A stretch of DNA of 62,910 nucleotides, counting the filler, from Bonamia ostreae (lineage: Eukaryota): the NCBI GenBank assembly GCA_040357525.1. It is 38 parts of 38 records of this genome, joined end to end, with 100 filler letters (N's around TTAATTAATTAA, not from the genome) between each part and the next. Parts side by side here need not be neighbours in the genome. Positions count along the whole stretch, not along the records: positions 51,470 to 53,019 come from JBDODL010001640.1; positions 53,120 to 54,669 come from JBDODL010001641.1; positions 54,770 to 56,318 come from JBDODL010001642.1; positions 56,419 to 57,967 come from JBDODL010001643.1; positions 58,068 to 59,615 come from JBDODL010001644.1; positions 59,716 to 61,263 come from JBDODL010001645.1; positions 61,364 to 62,910 come from JBDODL010001646.1; 31 more parts are not named here. The stretch is one strand, 5' to 3'. The translations under genes were made by a program, and so were the position numbers. Each line of letters starts with the position of its first letter. Position 1 is the stretch's first letter. Of this stretch, positions 51,370 to 62,910 are shown piece by piece. Below the pieces are notes generated by a model. The model saw nothing but the letters and a program-made list of their open reading frames with translations, was not told where the DNA came from and made no database searches.

Positions 51370-54300
51370 NNNNNNNNNNNNNNNNNNNNNNNNNNNNNNN
51401 NNNNNNNNNNNNNTTAATTAATTAANNNNNNNNNNNNNNNNNNNNNNNNNNNNNNNNNNNNNNNNNNNNTTCAAATATTTTAGACTATTTTGTTCTGCGG
51501 TTATTATTTTTATATAAATATTACAACTTTTATAATTTTCCGTTATTGGTTACTACAAATATTTTATAATTTTCTTGTCTTCCTCTAATTAATGGCTCTC
51601 TCAAAAAACTTGAATAATTTCTATAGTTAATGTATAAAGTAGATTTACTCTCCCAAAAATGGTGTGAAAACCTGAGGGTTAACATAGAAGATAGATTTTG
51701 GTCTCTTTGTTAATAGCTTTATATCAGGCGAGTTAAAAGTTTTGTGTCTGTTATTATAACGTGTTGAATTTTTAAGTTTATTTATTCCTAAAATCATTGT
51801 ATTTGTATTTTTGTCTTTTTGGAAGAAATCGGCGACGAATTATTGACTAGATTCAACAGCGATAAAACCTCACTTTTTAACAAATACCTTCTAAAATTCC
51901 AAATAAATTGAACGTGGCAGTAACGAATCAGAAAAATTGCAGTAACGAATATATTCTAAAAACTTTCCTAACGAATCCTAAAAATCTCAATTCTTTTGAT
52001 GTAACTTTCCGACGAAATATTAATAATATGTCGACGCGTCCTGGTTTGCCACGTAATTGAAAAATTTTATTTGAAACATATCGTTTAGTTTGTGAATAGA
52101 AATAAAAAAATAATTTTATTACGATTTCCAAAGAAAAAACAATTTACAAATATTCACATTAATTTTTCTGCCGGAAACATTTTTGCCCAAAATTAACTAA
52201 AAAAATTAAAGCTTTTTAGAAAATTAGCTTTATTATTTAATATTTTTTCATATACAAAATAATCTAAACTAGAAAAAAATCAGAATGTCAGATATGTCAA
52301 ATTGGAACGAAACAGCAAACAACAAAAAATCCAAAAACAACGAAGAACAACTAAAACAGCTCTTTCAAAAGTTTTCACAAAAACTAAATTTCCAATTTAG
52401 ACAATTTGAAAATAAATTGTTTATTCCTTTTTTGTAAAAAGAGCCTTTAATCAGTTCACTTCAGGTTGCGGCAGACTTTTATGCGAAAATAATTATTGCG
52501 CTTCAAATCCAAAATTTGGTCTTTTGTCTCAAAGCGACGCGATCAAAATGGCTCTCATCCAAATAAGAAATCGCAGCAGCGATTTCTACATCTGCGATAT
52601 CATTGAATCGATTAAAGCTCAAGAAATTAGTCAAAATGCCAAATTTGGTGATTTCTCGCAATTCGTCGAACGTTCCTTCAGTTCCGTGGAAATTCTGGAG
52701 ATAAGCTTTCTAACTGTTTCAAATTATCTTTTAAAAAATTGTTTTGGCAAAATTTGAAAATTCGCCCTTTTAACATGAAAACACAAAAGGACAATGGCGC
52801 GAATTGCAAAGAAATTTTATCAAACAAAAAAAGTGCGATAGATTATAAAGGTCTAGAAATCGCGTACGAAATTATTCTGAAAAACGTTTTTATTTTAAAT
52901 TTAGTCTAAAGCAAAATTATCACTCAAAAAATCTATTTCGGTAAGCAGTGAAAAGTTGTTTGAAAAATGCAAAAAAATCAAATTTTACTCCATTTTGCGC
53001 GTTCTGATAATTATTTTAANNNNNNNNNNNNNNNNNNNNNNNNNNNNNNNNNNNNNNNNNNNNTTAATTAATTAANNNNNNNNNNNNNNNNNNNNNNNNN
53101 NNNNNNNNNNNNNNNNNNNCCAAACAAGAATTACTGGTATTGTTTATTATTATTATTATTTGCATTATTATTATCAAATACTGAATTTAGGAATATTGAG
53201 GTAATTAAGTTAAATGTTGTCTGCTGTGTTTCACGTCATTTGTTAGGCCAATTTTTGTTGCGACCTCGTTTGTTCTTTCATTTTTTAAATATATTTTTAT
53301 GATATTAATGTAAATACTTACTTTTCGTGTTCTTCATTTTTTTCATTAAAGCAATTTGGCGAATGAATCTGATAAACGATTATCTTATAAGAATATGTGT
53401 ATATTCTACCTCTTTTAGATATCATTTGCACCCTATATTGTTTCCTCAGATCCAAACATTAACCTAAGATGGCTTAGAAAACTCAGAAAAGGCTTCGGAC
53501 TATCTGCCATCTAAAATCATTAGAAAACATAAGTTAAAAGAAATAGAACGTTCCAGTCTCATTATTTTAAGGGAGTGTTTCGTTTTATGCATTCGTTGTC
53601 TAGCAAAGACTTCCAATTCCATACTCTTCCCTTCCCAGGATATTCCTGTTTTGCACATACTTTACTTTCCACAGGAAAATCGTACTGCAGGTAGGATTTT
53701 CGTTCTTGTTAAAATGTACTATTATGTGTCTGCTATTAAAAAGGTTTCAAGGGCATATACATTATGTCTTTGTCAAAAGTGTGCTCTACAGTGTATTTTT
53801 GAACCAATTTTGCATAATGAATGATCGATGTTTAAAAATACGACATTTTAAATCAACATACCTTTTATCTATCCTTGTTAAGGGTGGAAAATTAACAGGA
53901 AACTTTGGGGGATACCCGTGAAATTGTCAATAAGCATTGGTCGGCAAAACACAAAACACTGTTTAGTTACAGATTGAATTGAATTTACTTTCAACACATT
54001 GATAATCATGATATGCCAAGCATGAAGTGAAATACAAATATAGAATACCTAACCAATCCATTTGCTGCGTACGCGGAAGTTCTCCGAGATAAGCTCTAGC
54101 GATTTGAAAACAGTATTTAGCAGGCACAAGTAGAAAAACCGAAACATTTTAGATCACAGTGATTCATTCATTTTATTTTATGTCATATTATTCTCAGAAA
54201 GATCATATTGACAGACTACGCTTCAATCCTGCAATTATTCATATGATTTTTCTTTCAATTTTAGGTTTCAAATGATCAAATTGATCTACAATTTCAAATG

Positions 54301-54879
54301 AACATACGAATCATGATATTTGTGTCTCTTTTACGTGATTGTTTGTATATTTGTCCATATTGTGTTTTACGTCTTCTTCGCGACTATTCACTACTTTAGA
54401 GATACCATTGTTTGTTAGAATATCAAAGCTATATTGATTCTCATTCATGATACAACATTTTAACTATAATTAAGCAATGTCGTCAATTCATTGTATTGTC
54501 AAATTCGTGATGAGTGATAGGTCTTGTCCCCGTTGTTACCTTTAACAGATATAATGGAATACAGTACTACCCTCAAACTCCTTTTATGTCAAAAACAGTT
54601 TTGCAAAGAGAAAACATTAACGGTTTACAGTTTGTCACTCTTTAGTCTGATGAGCCTACAAATTTGTAANNNNNNNNNNNNNNNNNNNNNNNNNNNNNNN
54701 NNNNNNNNNNNNNTTAATTAATTAANNNNNNNNNNNNNNNNNNNNNNNNNNNNNNNNNNNNNNNNNNNNATACAACTGATGACGTCTCGATATGAGAGAA
54801 ACAATTCCCGACTAGACGTAAAACAAACAACCAACTAATCTTTTTCAAACATGAAATGATAATTGTCACATTTAATTTA

Positions 54880-55060
54880 CTACACACCAATGTTCGAGAA
54901 ATTTTCGTGAAGTTAGCGAAGACCTCACCAACGCGAACATCTCTTGCCACGAACCAGTCTTTCACACCCTCTATATTATCTCCGTCGTGAAAATATGTCA
55001 CCGCTAAGCAGTTCAATGTTATACCGATATAGGGAAATAAAGTCGTCGCGTTTACAGTAC
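54880..55060. mobile_element. Probable host non-autonomous DNA transposon remnant (cgcga-rich, ends tttacagta)
   Basis: Locally CpG-rich segment ending aataaagtcgtcgcgtttacagta, resembling molluscan MITE ends. Recognised from memory only. Confidence 0.35.
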
Positions 55061-56418
55061 ATCACTTGTCGTATATATTGTAGTATGATATGCTTAAAGT
55101 TTCTCCTTCATAGCAGTTGACTTTTAAAAATAGGGGTTTGGTAGAATATTTACTTACAGTCAAGCATTACATCATCGTGTTATTCTTCTTCAAGACCCGA
55201 TAGGAGTTAATGCACTTTGGCCGCTGTTTCTTTCAAAGACCAGAAGTTTTTGTATTACATGTAAAATGGTATCATAGTAACTTGATATTCATAATTGTAC
55301 AAGTCAACCATGACGCCCCCCCCCCCATAATTTGGACGAGAACTTTGTGCTTAGCATATCTGTACAATTTTTGCAGGCCGTGATGCAACAGAATCGCCGC
55401 TGAAATATGTGTAGCTATACCACTTAACACGTTTATATGGAATCTGAAAGCTGACATGAATTCTTTACTATTCAGATATTTCATTTCATCAGCTGTCTTT
55501 CAGATAGCCAGTTTTATACCACCGTTATATGTACGTGATTGTTATACCTGAATCATTTTCTAGACTGACTATACCGGTGCATATAGTGAATTAGAAACAT
55601 GAAATCTCGTTTTAAACCGTCATGCATTGCTCAAAATTACAATACAGCCATTGTATATTCCAAACATTTTAGACGAAAATGTGAAGCGAAGGAGTCTCTT
55701 TATTTGCTTGAACATGTATACAAGTATTTGCAGGAAACATGTCAAGAATCGTTAACAAAGGCGAATAAATCATTTACCAATTTCATATTGATAGAAGTCA
55801 CTGTGCTGAGAATATGAAATTAAATCATTCACTTAATGAAAATTGAAAATGCATAAACAGGGGAATGCATATGCCATGCTCGCCATAAATCGCATTGAAT
55901 TCGGACAACTGTATACCTAACCTATTACAACAGATCGGATATGTGCACTTTTCGAAAACATTCCCTTTTTATTTTAACAAATCCACAATCCAAATTGACA
56001 ACTTCTATTTGTGTCCCTACAGTAAAACATTGTCACCCCATGTACAGACTGCGACACAACTGTGATTTTATCATACAATAAACTGAAAAAAAAGCTCAAT
56101 TTTCAGATTTTTGGAATATTTGAGGTCTTACCGTTATCGAAGATAGATAGTTCTGAAAACAGCAAAACTCTTGTTGTGGCTTATCTGAAGTGTTAAGGAA
56201 TTATGCAGTACTTAAACCTTATATAGTACATGTACCTTGTCATTATCACTGTGAAACGCGTATGCTCTTTTATTTTGCCACACTATAAGACCATTCTTAT
56301 AACCATACTTTTATTTCCNNNNNNNNNNNNNNNNNNNNNNNNNNNNNNNNNNNNNNNNNNNNTTAATTAATTAANNNNNNNNNNNNNNNNNNNNNNNNNN
56401 NNNNNNNNNNNNNNNNNN

Positions 56419-57834
56419 TGTCTCTCCGACGAGGTGCCGTCTTGAGAGATTCTAGTAAAGACCTGACCTGACAAATAATTGACAATCGCCAATTATTGCC
56501 ATAAAAAGTTGTAAACTTTGAAAATTAGCCGAACCTTGCGATTCCCAGTTGTCTCGAGAATTTTTCTGCTGCTTCTTTTCCTTTTAAGTCGTTGTCTGTC
56601 CACAGATATATTTTTTCGAATTGGTCCAATAATGGCAGCAGATCAACCGGAAGAGCATTGCATCCGACCGGAAGAGAGATCGCCGTCATTTTTGTTGCCT
56701 AAATATCAACAAACATTACCTGGTAGACGGCCATCGCATCATATTCGCCTTCGGTAATAACAATCGATTTGTCTTTTTCTTTAATTGTATTTAATCCAAA
56801 AAATCCCCACGATCCCCCACTCGGATATATTGTCTGATCGGATTTTTCTTCAAGTCCTCTTAACTTTTCGATTTTAGCAAAATTTTGATGTCTCAAAAAA
56901 TCATGAAAAAATTGTAAAATTGAAAAAAATGAGGAAAAAAATTGTGAAAAGAACTAAAATTTTAAAATTGCAAAAAATGAGGAAAAAAATTGTGAAAAGA
57001 ACTAAAATTTTAAAATTGCAAAAAAATTGAAAAAATGCGAAAAGAACTAAATTGCAAAATTTGAGAATCGGAAAAACTTTGATTCTCTGTAAAACTTTAG
57101 TCGAGTAATTTGTGTTCGTTACGTACCAAGGGAAAACGATGGCAGGTTTTCTCTTAAAACCGTCATCCGTGTAAAAAGACCAATGTATGACCCCGGAATT
57201 AAACTTCTTTAGAGTTTCTTTAGTGATTCCTCTTTTCTCGAGAATTTGTTCGAAAAAGTTCTTGTTCTTCTCACTCAAACGGGCTTTTTCCAAAATTTGC
57301 AGCATTTTCGGTCGCAATTCTTCGGATTTGCTCTTCATCGCAAATTTCTTCTTTTTCTCGTCCTAAATGCAAATCGGTATGGATTAAAAACTTCGAGCAA
57401 ATTTCTGGTTATTTTTGTGTACGTCGGTTCGCGATCCATCATCGCCCTGAATTTCATGTATCCGCCTTTGTTGTTGCACCGGTGGCAATAGAACCCCCCG
57501 CTTGACTTCCATATAATCAATTTGTACAAATTGGAATTCTTGTCGTTGTGGGGAGGGCAGGTCGGGCAGTATTTGAGCTTGTAGAACAATGGCGTTTCCT
57601 TAACATTTGAACAAAAACTCTGAAATCCTTCTTTTTTTGAAGACACAGATCCACTATCGTTTTCGAGAAATCCTCGAATTGCTCTTCATCGTTTAAATCA
57701 GCTTTTATTTCATCCTCTAAAAAAATCTGCTCAGTGAAATATCTAATTTTTAAAGCTTTTAATTTAGTTTTGCGAGATTTTCTGTAAATTCTTGCACTTC
57801 TTATGCTACACAATGTTTTAATTCCGCGTAGCAT
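56419..57834 (-). CDS. TWNK: Twinkle-type mitochondrial primase-helicase, N-terminal primase part
   Basis: Arg-rich presequence MLRGIKTLCSIRSARIYRK, zinc-binding CPTC...FYCHRC, KRGIT, and TOPRIM IVITEGEYDAMAV...IYLWTDND. Introns of 20, 29, about 214 (with repeats) and 21 nt (56699-56719). Confidence 0.88.
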
Positions 57835-58466
57835 TTAATGTTTTAGCTTTAAGCTCAAGATCTATTATATCACAGATCTTAACGATCGGGGCGTTGTTGA
57901 AAATAGACAATCTTCAACGTTTGCGACTCAAAAGGAACTCACAATCTTTAGAGACCGCGATCGACTANNNNNNNNNNNNNNNNNNNNNNNNNNNNNNNNN
58001 NNNNNNNNNNNTTAATTAATTAANNNNNNNNNNNNNNNNNNNNNNNNNNNNNNNNNNNNNNNNNNNNTCCCACCGCTTCCCAATTTTCGCTTTGGCGCCA
58101 ACTTTTTCTCAGAAACATTATCCGAACTTGAATATTCCTCGTCATATTGCTCTTCTATTCTTCTGATGCCTCTTCTCCTCGTGAAATCTGCATTTGTCCA
58201 ATTCATTGCTTCTTCCACCGAATCCACTGGAGTCAGTTCCGGGAAAAACTTTTGCATCGTTGCATTCCTCGGTTTACTTTATGAAACAAAAGTAATGTCA
58301 CAAAGGATATCATTAAAAATTTTACATTGAACTAAAAAGCTGTAAAGTCGAGAAGATGTAACATTGAACTAAAATGAAAGAAACCAAAAATCGAAATCAA
58401 TTTGATCAATTTCATTTTTGCCGTTTTTCGTCGACGATCGATCACCGGACAATTTGTCGATTGTCT

Positions 58467-59507
58467 TTAACAGCGATTGAACAGATTCTGCGTTTTCGTC
58501 GGAAGGTTTTGGCGAATTAGAGAAATCGCTTTCTTCGTACGAAAAAATATAATCCGTTGAAGACGCTTTGTTGCAATAAAAATTGATAGAAAGAAACAGT
58601 ACTCGTTTTTGTCGTCAAAATCGTTTTCAATCAATTTTTCTTTTTTAATTCTGCTCTTTTCGCGCAGAATCCTTTTTCTTTTTCTGTGGCTGTTCGTTGT
58701 TATTTTAAAAACGGGAGCGATTTGATATCTTTTGCGCGGTTGTCTCTGGCCAATTTTGCCCATTTCTTTTGTTTATTTATTGCTTTTCGGTTGTGCTCCA
58801 AAATCGAGTCGAATTTTTGGATTTTCGAGAATCCCAAAATTCCGTAATTTTTCGCTCTTTTTTCTGTTTTTCTTCTTTTTTCTGCTTTTTGCAAATTAAA
58901 AACTGTTTGATTTTACATTAGAACTCGCTTCGTCTTCGTTTGAAGAACATGAAGAACCGCTGCAATCTGATTTTTCGTCAATAAAATTGTGCATTTTGAC
59001 GTTACGAGCCGCTAAAACATGTCTGATTTTCTCCATCAATTTTCCGTCTTTTTTTCCAGATTCGATGTGCAGCAACAATGATCGATATCTCTCAAAGTTT
59101 AGAAGGCACTAATTTGATCAATTTGTTCAATTTAACATTAATTTCCTTTTCGATTTTGCTTTTCTTAATAAAATCTGTTTTTGTGCGCGGAACAAAATCC
59201 AAAAGAGCTCGACAATCATATTTGTCGATTTTCAATCCGTTCCATTCAACAAAATCTTCTTTCTTTTCTTGTTTTCGAAACTTTGGAGGATTTTGTTCGA
59301 TGCTACAAGATTGACCATTTAATCTCAATATTTGCAGAGGATCTCCGAGCTTTTTTTATTTTTGTTAAATGTTTATGAACGCTTTTAATATCGATTTCTC
59401 TTTGTTTTTCTGAAAGTTTATGGCAAATTTTGCTTTTTCGTCTCAGTTCTTTTTCGTCTTAATGTTTTAAATAGAAAACGATTTTTGCATGAATTGTAAT
59501 ACGACAT
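58467..59507 (-). CDS. CLASRP: DRY_EERY-domain splicing regulator, CLASRP/SFRS16-like
   Basis: MSYYNSCKNHEKELRR, GDPLQILRLNGQSC, IDKYDCRALLDFVP and NFERYRSL assemble after removing 22, 31, 28, 19 and 23 nt GTT..AG introns. The 3' end is approximate. Confidence 0.78.
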
Positions 59508-59715
59508 TTCGGATTATTAAAGCTTATCGTATGTTTATTAAAAATTGAAATTTTGAATATAAAGCCTTCTTATCGACTAGAACGATTTTCAATTTTATAT
59601 CCGTAAAGGAAATCGNNNNNNNNNNNNNNNNNNNNNNNNNNNNNNNNNNNNNNNNNNNNTTAATTAATTAANNNNNNNNNNNNNNNNNNNNNNNNNNNNN
59701 NNNNNNNNNNNNNNN

Positions 59716-60110
59716 AAATTTGGCATTTCGAGCGAACGGTTTTAAATTTTTCGACAACAAAACCATAATTTCTCTAAACTCCAAAACAAGCGATGCCAAA
59801 ATCTCAGTTTCTGCCATTTTCAACAACGTTTTCTTACTAAAATTTTGTTCTTCCAAATCAAAATCGGAAGGGATTTTGAAACCCATTTTCCCAAAAAACA
59901 ATTTGGACAATTTTTCGTCGCTTTCCAAAATTTTGTTTATTTCTTTTAAGCTTTTTTCGCCGATTATTTTCGCAAACGATTTTTTTATTTCTTTTAAACG
60001 GCAATGAGCTATTTTTAGAACAGAAAGACATTTTTTGTAGTCGATTTCAATTCCGTTCTTTTCCAATTCTGATAAAATTTGACTTGTTTTCATTTCGATT
60101 TCTTGGAATG
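59716..60110 (-). CDS. Family A DNA polymerase (theta/nu-like) thumb-region exon; the gene extends upstream
   Basis: EIEMKTSQILSELEKNGIEID...LSKLFFGKMGF...SKKTLLKM...LVLEFREIMVLLS matches the PolA pattern E..L..mE..Gi.vD / iLe.R...Kl.s. Confidence 0.65.
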
Positions 60111-61754
60111 TTCTTAATTTTTAAAATTGACTATTTTAACAATTTTTAATTTCTGTCCTGTTTTAATTTTTAAAATTGAATGTTATTAATTTTCAGCAGC
60201 TTTTTGCTGACGATGTTTTAAATTTAATAAAATTTTGCTCTTTAAAAATGCAAAAGTACTCTAAAAGTGAATGCTTTTGTAAGAGGGCGTCAGTGTAGCG
60301 ACAGAGTTGCCACGTCATCCAACTCTCTCTTCCGTTATTTTGCTCTACGTAAGAAAATTGGGACACTCCGCCAATTATCTTTTTAGTCTCGCTTAGAACA
60401 TTTTTTGATCGATTTATCGAGTGGAGATAAAGATAATGTAAATCTTCCAATTTTAATTTGCCTTGTTCTTTTCCTGTCGATAAAATCCTTTTTCCGATTT
60501 TTATATTTTGCCAATTAACATTTTATTTTGAAAATTTCACATTAATAATTATTTATTTTTGGAAATTTGACATTAAAAATTTGACATTAATAATTATTAA
60601 TGATTATTAATAAATAAATAAAGAAAACCAATGGGCGACCAAAGGATCAGAAAGTTTTTCAATTTTAATAAAATTGGATAAAATTTTGATTTTGTTTTTA
60701 CAATCAAAAATAATCAATTCTTTATTTCCCAAGACTAAATTTTAAAGAAATTACATTTTTTAATCAATTCTGTTTTGTCAAAATTTGTCAATTTTCCAAA
60801 ATTTAAAATGAAAGCTTTTCTGGAAGAAAAGCAAATCGATATTCCTTCAATTTCTTTCTCTTGATCTACTCGTTGCCAAAAATTCAGCGCTATTTTCTAA
60901 AATTTTGGCATTAAAATTTAACAAAAACATCCATTTTGTCGACTTGAGATAGAAAAGATTGATAAATCTTTTCATTTTCGCAGACATCGATCAAATGAGC
61001 TGAAAAGCTCATTGGACTTTTCGCATTTCTGGGAACTTTTGGGGACAGGTTGATAACTGTGTTGGGATTTCTAATCCTTTTTTCCGGAGATAATTTGCTT
61101 TTGCTGTTTAAATTTTAATGTAAACATTCCGCAGATCGAATTTTTAATTCTTCTTTTTAAATAAAGTTGTGCGGTCGCAACTATTTTTTGCCCGAGTTTT
61201 TTGGATATTGTTTTTGGCGCCTTTTTTTGTATTTTCGATAATTTTTTTTCGATATTTTTGGCTNNNNNNNNNNNNNNNNNNNNNNNNNNNNNNNNNNNNN
61301 NNNNNNNTTAATTAATTAANNNNNNNNNNNNNNNNNNNNNNNNNNNNNNNNNNNNNNNNNNNNTACCGTAGCAGGATTTTGTCAACCTCGTAATGAGTTG
61401 TGCATTCATAGGAATTAATGGACAATAAAACATATCAAAACAATTTTCTAAACCGGGGATACTACCCAAATGTGAATATGGGTGACATGCGAGCTCAGTT
61501 CCCACTCTGTTTACATTGATGTAGATATTGATCAAAGGCAACTGTGGATGTCTATATTTTCTAGATCGTGGGTCTTACCGTTTGTTTATTTAACCCCCAA
61601 TATCTTGCCTCTCTTTAAAACGATTATTAGTGTTAGATAATGTAGATCGTTTACAAACATGACAATATTCGTGGTATGATTTCATACGATTCTTCACTGA
61701 ATAGAAATTATGACTATTGTGCACTTCCTCCTACAGTACGTGGTCATAAGTGAG

Positions 61755-61855
61755 GCATCATTTCATTTGTTTACCTCTGATGTGTCCAGTGGTCCGTATT
61801 TCTCTGAATTCTGAATACGATTTATGAGATTATTCACAGTTATTTTCACTTTGCC
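61755..61855 (+). repeat. Degenerate copy of the host dispersed repeat
   Basis: acctctgatgtgtccagtggtccgtatt...tatgagattattcacagttattttcactt. Confidence 0.5.
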
Positions 61856-62910
61856 ATTGTTCCATGAGTTCACATTACTGTTGGTGTCGTTTGTGGTGCA
61901 AACCACGGTGAACTTTCCTTATATAAGTTTTGTTGAGTTAAAGCAGCATCTTTCTGTGGATATAATTGGAATGTACTCATGATTATGTCGGAAAGTAGTG
62001 ACCTAGGAAGTAGATATTCTGTGACTAAAACTGTGTCTCACTGTTCTTTATATTCACCTTTCTTCAAGCTAAAGTGAAGGTTGGAATACTATACAAGTAT
62101 AAATTTGTCTTTATTGATTCTTGATCTGTTGGTAGCCCGTGTACTAGAATATGTATTTCAATTGGTGTATCGTCGGAAGAAGTTAGGGTCATGGGGATTT
62201 TCTATCACAGTCCTGTCACGAGTAGCGTAATACATTGTAAACAATATATATGCATGGAAAATGTATCTTCTTCAAAGTACTATAAATAAGACGAATATGA
62301 CAAACAATCAATTTTTGAAACTGAGAACTGAGAATCATTTCAGTTGGAAGGATGGTCATTTTCACTGGTTTTCTTGTTATATTCAGTGACCCATGGCCAT
62401 ATTTAGGAGTTAATGGTAAAATGCGTATGTAATTCACCACGCTTGNNNNNNNNNNTTAGTCTAACAGAAACACTCACATATGATTTGACATATCAATTGC
62501 TAAATCACAATTCAATGACCATTGGCGTTACAGAATAGGGAGTTGGATTGCGACGTTACCTTAGATACAGGCATACTACGCTGAGGTTCCAATGGGAAAT
62601 TATTGTTTTTAGAAACAGATAGGGAAATTTTGACATTGTGATCCAATATTTAGCAGAACATCTTAGCACGTTATGGTAGTTTCTTAATTTCCTATTTAAG
62701 AAAATTGATCTCAGAGATGTCGTTTTCTACGAGTTTATGATTAGATTGCAGTTCAAATTGTCAGTGTTTTCACTGACTTTGAAGATTTGAAAAATCATAT
62801 TTGTCGTTTGTTGATTATAGTCCTTGCAAATACTTTAAAACGAATGATTTGAAATTGACACAATAATAGTAATTGGATATTAAGAAATAATGTTTGCCAA
62901 TTGCAAAACA

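Noticed and set aside
1573-61363. Regularly spaced identical TTAATTAATTAA motifs resembling a repeat-spacer array
   Set aside because: They are embedded in N runs and act as six-frame stop linkers between length-sorted contigs. This is an assembly artefact, not CRISPR or a biological repeat.
1-62910. Search by eye for snRNA, tRNA or rRNA genes and for prokaryotic systems (CRISPR, operons, phage)
   Set aside because: No convincing U6 ACAGAGA context, full tRNA cloverleaf, rRNA or bacterial-style gene was seen. A covariance-model search would be needed to exclude divergent RNAs.

Overview
This window is not a contiguous locus. It is 38 unrelated contigs of about 1.55-1.57 kb, sorted by decreasing length and joined by 37 artificial 100-nt linkers (44 N + TTAATTAATTAA + 44 N), so adjacency across linkers is meaningless. 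The contigs come from at least two eukaryotes. About 17 look like a bivalve host, probably an oyster: long introns with GTAAG/GTGAG-type donors, RNF213, a VWD-domain gene, a fibrinogen-domain pseudogene and dispersed repeats. About 20 come from a gene-dense, AT-rich non-animal eukaryote, most plausibly an ascetosporean parasite such as Bonamia or another haplosporidian (inference). The ORF track shatters these genes, but they reassemble cleanly in the standard code once ultra-short introns are removed. The introns are mostly 19-25 nt, with an atypical GTT(T) donor and AAG/TAG/CAG acceptors without a pyrimidine tract; a minority are inflated to 200-370 nt, several by minisatellites. Reconstructed protist genes include NMT, RPN11, CCT6, NEMF, RPC3, DBP2/DDX5, SNAPC3, METTL16, ATP23, Twinkle, CLASRP, an ERG8-type phosphomevalonate kinase, an SLC1 transporter and a five-sushi-like surface protein. 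The most interesting signals are the divergent tiny-intron splicing code, a head-to-head SNAPC3-METTL16 pair (both U6 snRNA biogenesis factors), a 34-bp bidirectional intergenic region and the selectin-like surface protein. One contig (49819-51369) is a single intronless open frame matching neither genome style. All gene identities come from motif recognition by eye; no database search was run.
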